Program-made: the position numbers and the translations under genes
The notes under the pieces: model-generated
The model's database searches: none
What the model was told of the DNA's origin: nothing
The model's input: only the letters and a program-made list of their open reading frames with translations
Origin: Seison nebaliae
Lineage: Eukaryota
Direction: 5' to 3'
Assembly (NCBI GenBank): GCA_023231475.1
Contig: JALJEE010002409.1
Location: 1-38,507 of the forward strand
DNA length: 38,507 nucleotides
Shown here: in pieces, positions 37,611 to 38,507 of the stretch
How positions within the stretch are numbered: position 1 is the stretch's first letter
How the letters are laid out: every line of letters starts with the position of its first letter

Positions 37611-38507
37611 ATTTTAGAGAAGATCGCAATTCTATAATTTATCTTTATTATTTATATGACATTTTTAAAAATAAATAATATTGATTTATTTCATCAACTC
37701 ATTTAATTTCACTATTTATTTCGTTGTTTAAAAAATGATAACTGTTTTATCATTATATTCCAATTCGAACAATTAATTTATAATAAGATCATTTCTATTT
37801 TTCCATTTTCATAAATATAATAAATTCTAAAATATACCTAACCATATACGTCCACTACAGTTTGCAAATTTGCTGTATTAAGCACTTGTGTTAAAGGAGA
37901 AAAAAACATAATTTTTCTAATAAGAAACGTAATTCATATTTTCCTATAAAATATCGATATATTTTATCTTTTGATGATCACCGAAAATCCATGGTGAAAT
38001 GATAGATCATTGACGTACTCACAATTCTGAATAAGCAGTAATTGGCTTAACTCAATATTAATTAATATCTACGATTTTCTGATTCCTGGTTTTATAAACG
38101 AACTTGTTGTTCTTATTTTACCGAACATATAGTCTACGAAGTGAAATCGATATTGGAAGGGAACTTATTAAAGATAGTCTGTACAGCCAATTATCTTTTT
38201 TTCTTTTTAATTTAACCCGAGGGGATTTAATTCCATAATAAAATTTTAAAAAAAAATTTAATGGAAAATATTTCCCTTATCTTTCCATGTAAGTATTAGA
38301 CATTTTTAATTTCTAATTATTCTGTAAATATCAAATATTCAATGGAGTTTAAATTTCAAAAAAATGTATTCAAAATTAGACAACAAATAGACTTATCAGT
38401 CTCTGAGATTCATATGATAATGGATATCGATGATTATGGTATGTTGAATTATCGAGTGATATGTGAATCTCTACACGGTATATAAAACAATATATTATGG
38501 ATGTAAG

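Noticed and set aside
37845..38507. Possible 3' exons of a minus-strand gene at the window end
   Set aside because: I could not build a frame-consistent model or recognise a product.

Overview
AT-rich, compact eukaryotic (almost certainly invertebrate animal) DNA with short introns of about 42-120 nt. The host genes are: an 8-exon polycystin-1-family gene (3835-16088, minus), an intron-containing tRNA-Ser(AGA), C2CD5 (minus), a divergent protein kinase (plus), a BSD-domain protein (minus) and a multi-exon, probably secreted protein of unknown function (plus). Two elements are not explained by ordinary host genes. (1) An intronless ORF of about 900 codons (497-3208) reads like a dsRNA-virus (toti-like) capsid gene. 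It is bracketed by a 51-bp imperfect inverted repeat (241-291 / 3230-3280) and by inward-facing promoter-like motifs. (2) A GC-richer non-coding island of about 640 nt (about 17345-17985, minus) folds extensively and ends in a box H/ACA domain, making it a candidate telomerase RNA or other large H/ACA RNA. In addition, all 11 introns resolved in the two best-conserved genes start with GTT rather than GTR. All family assignments are by eye; no searches were run.
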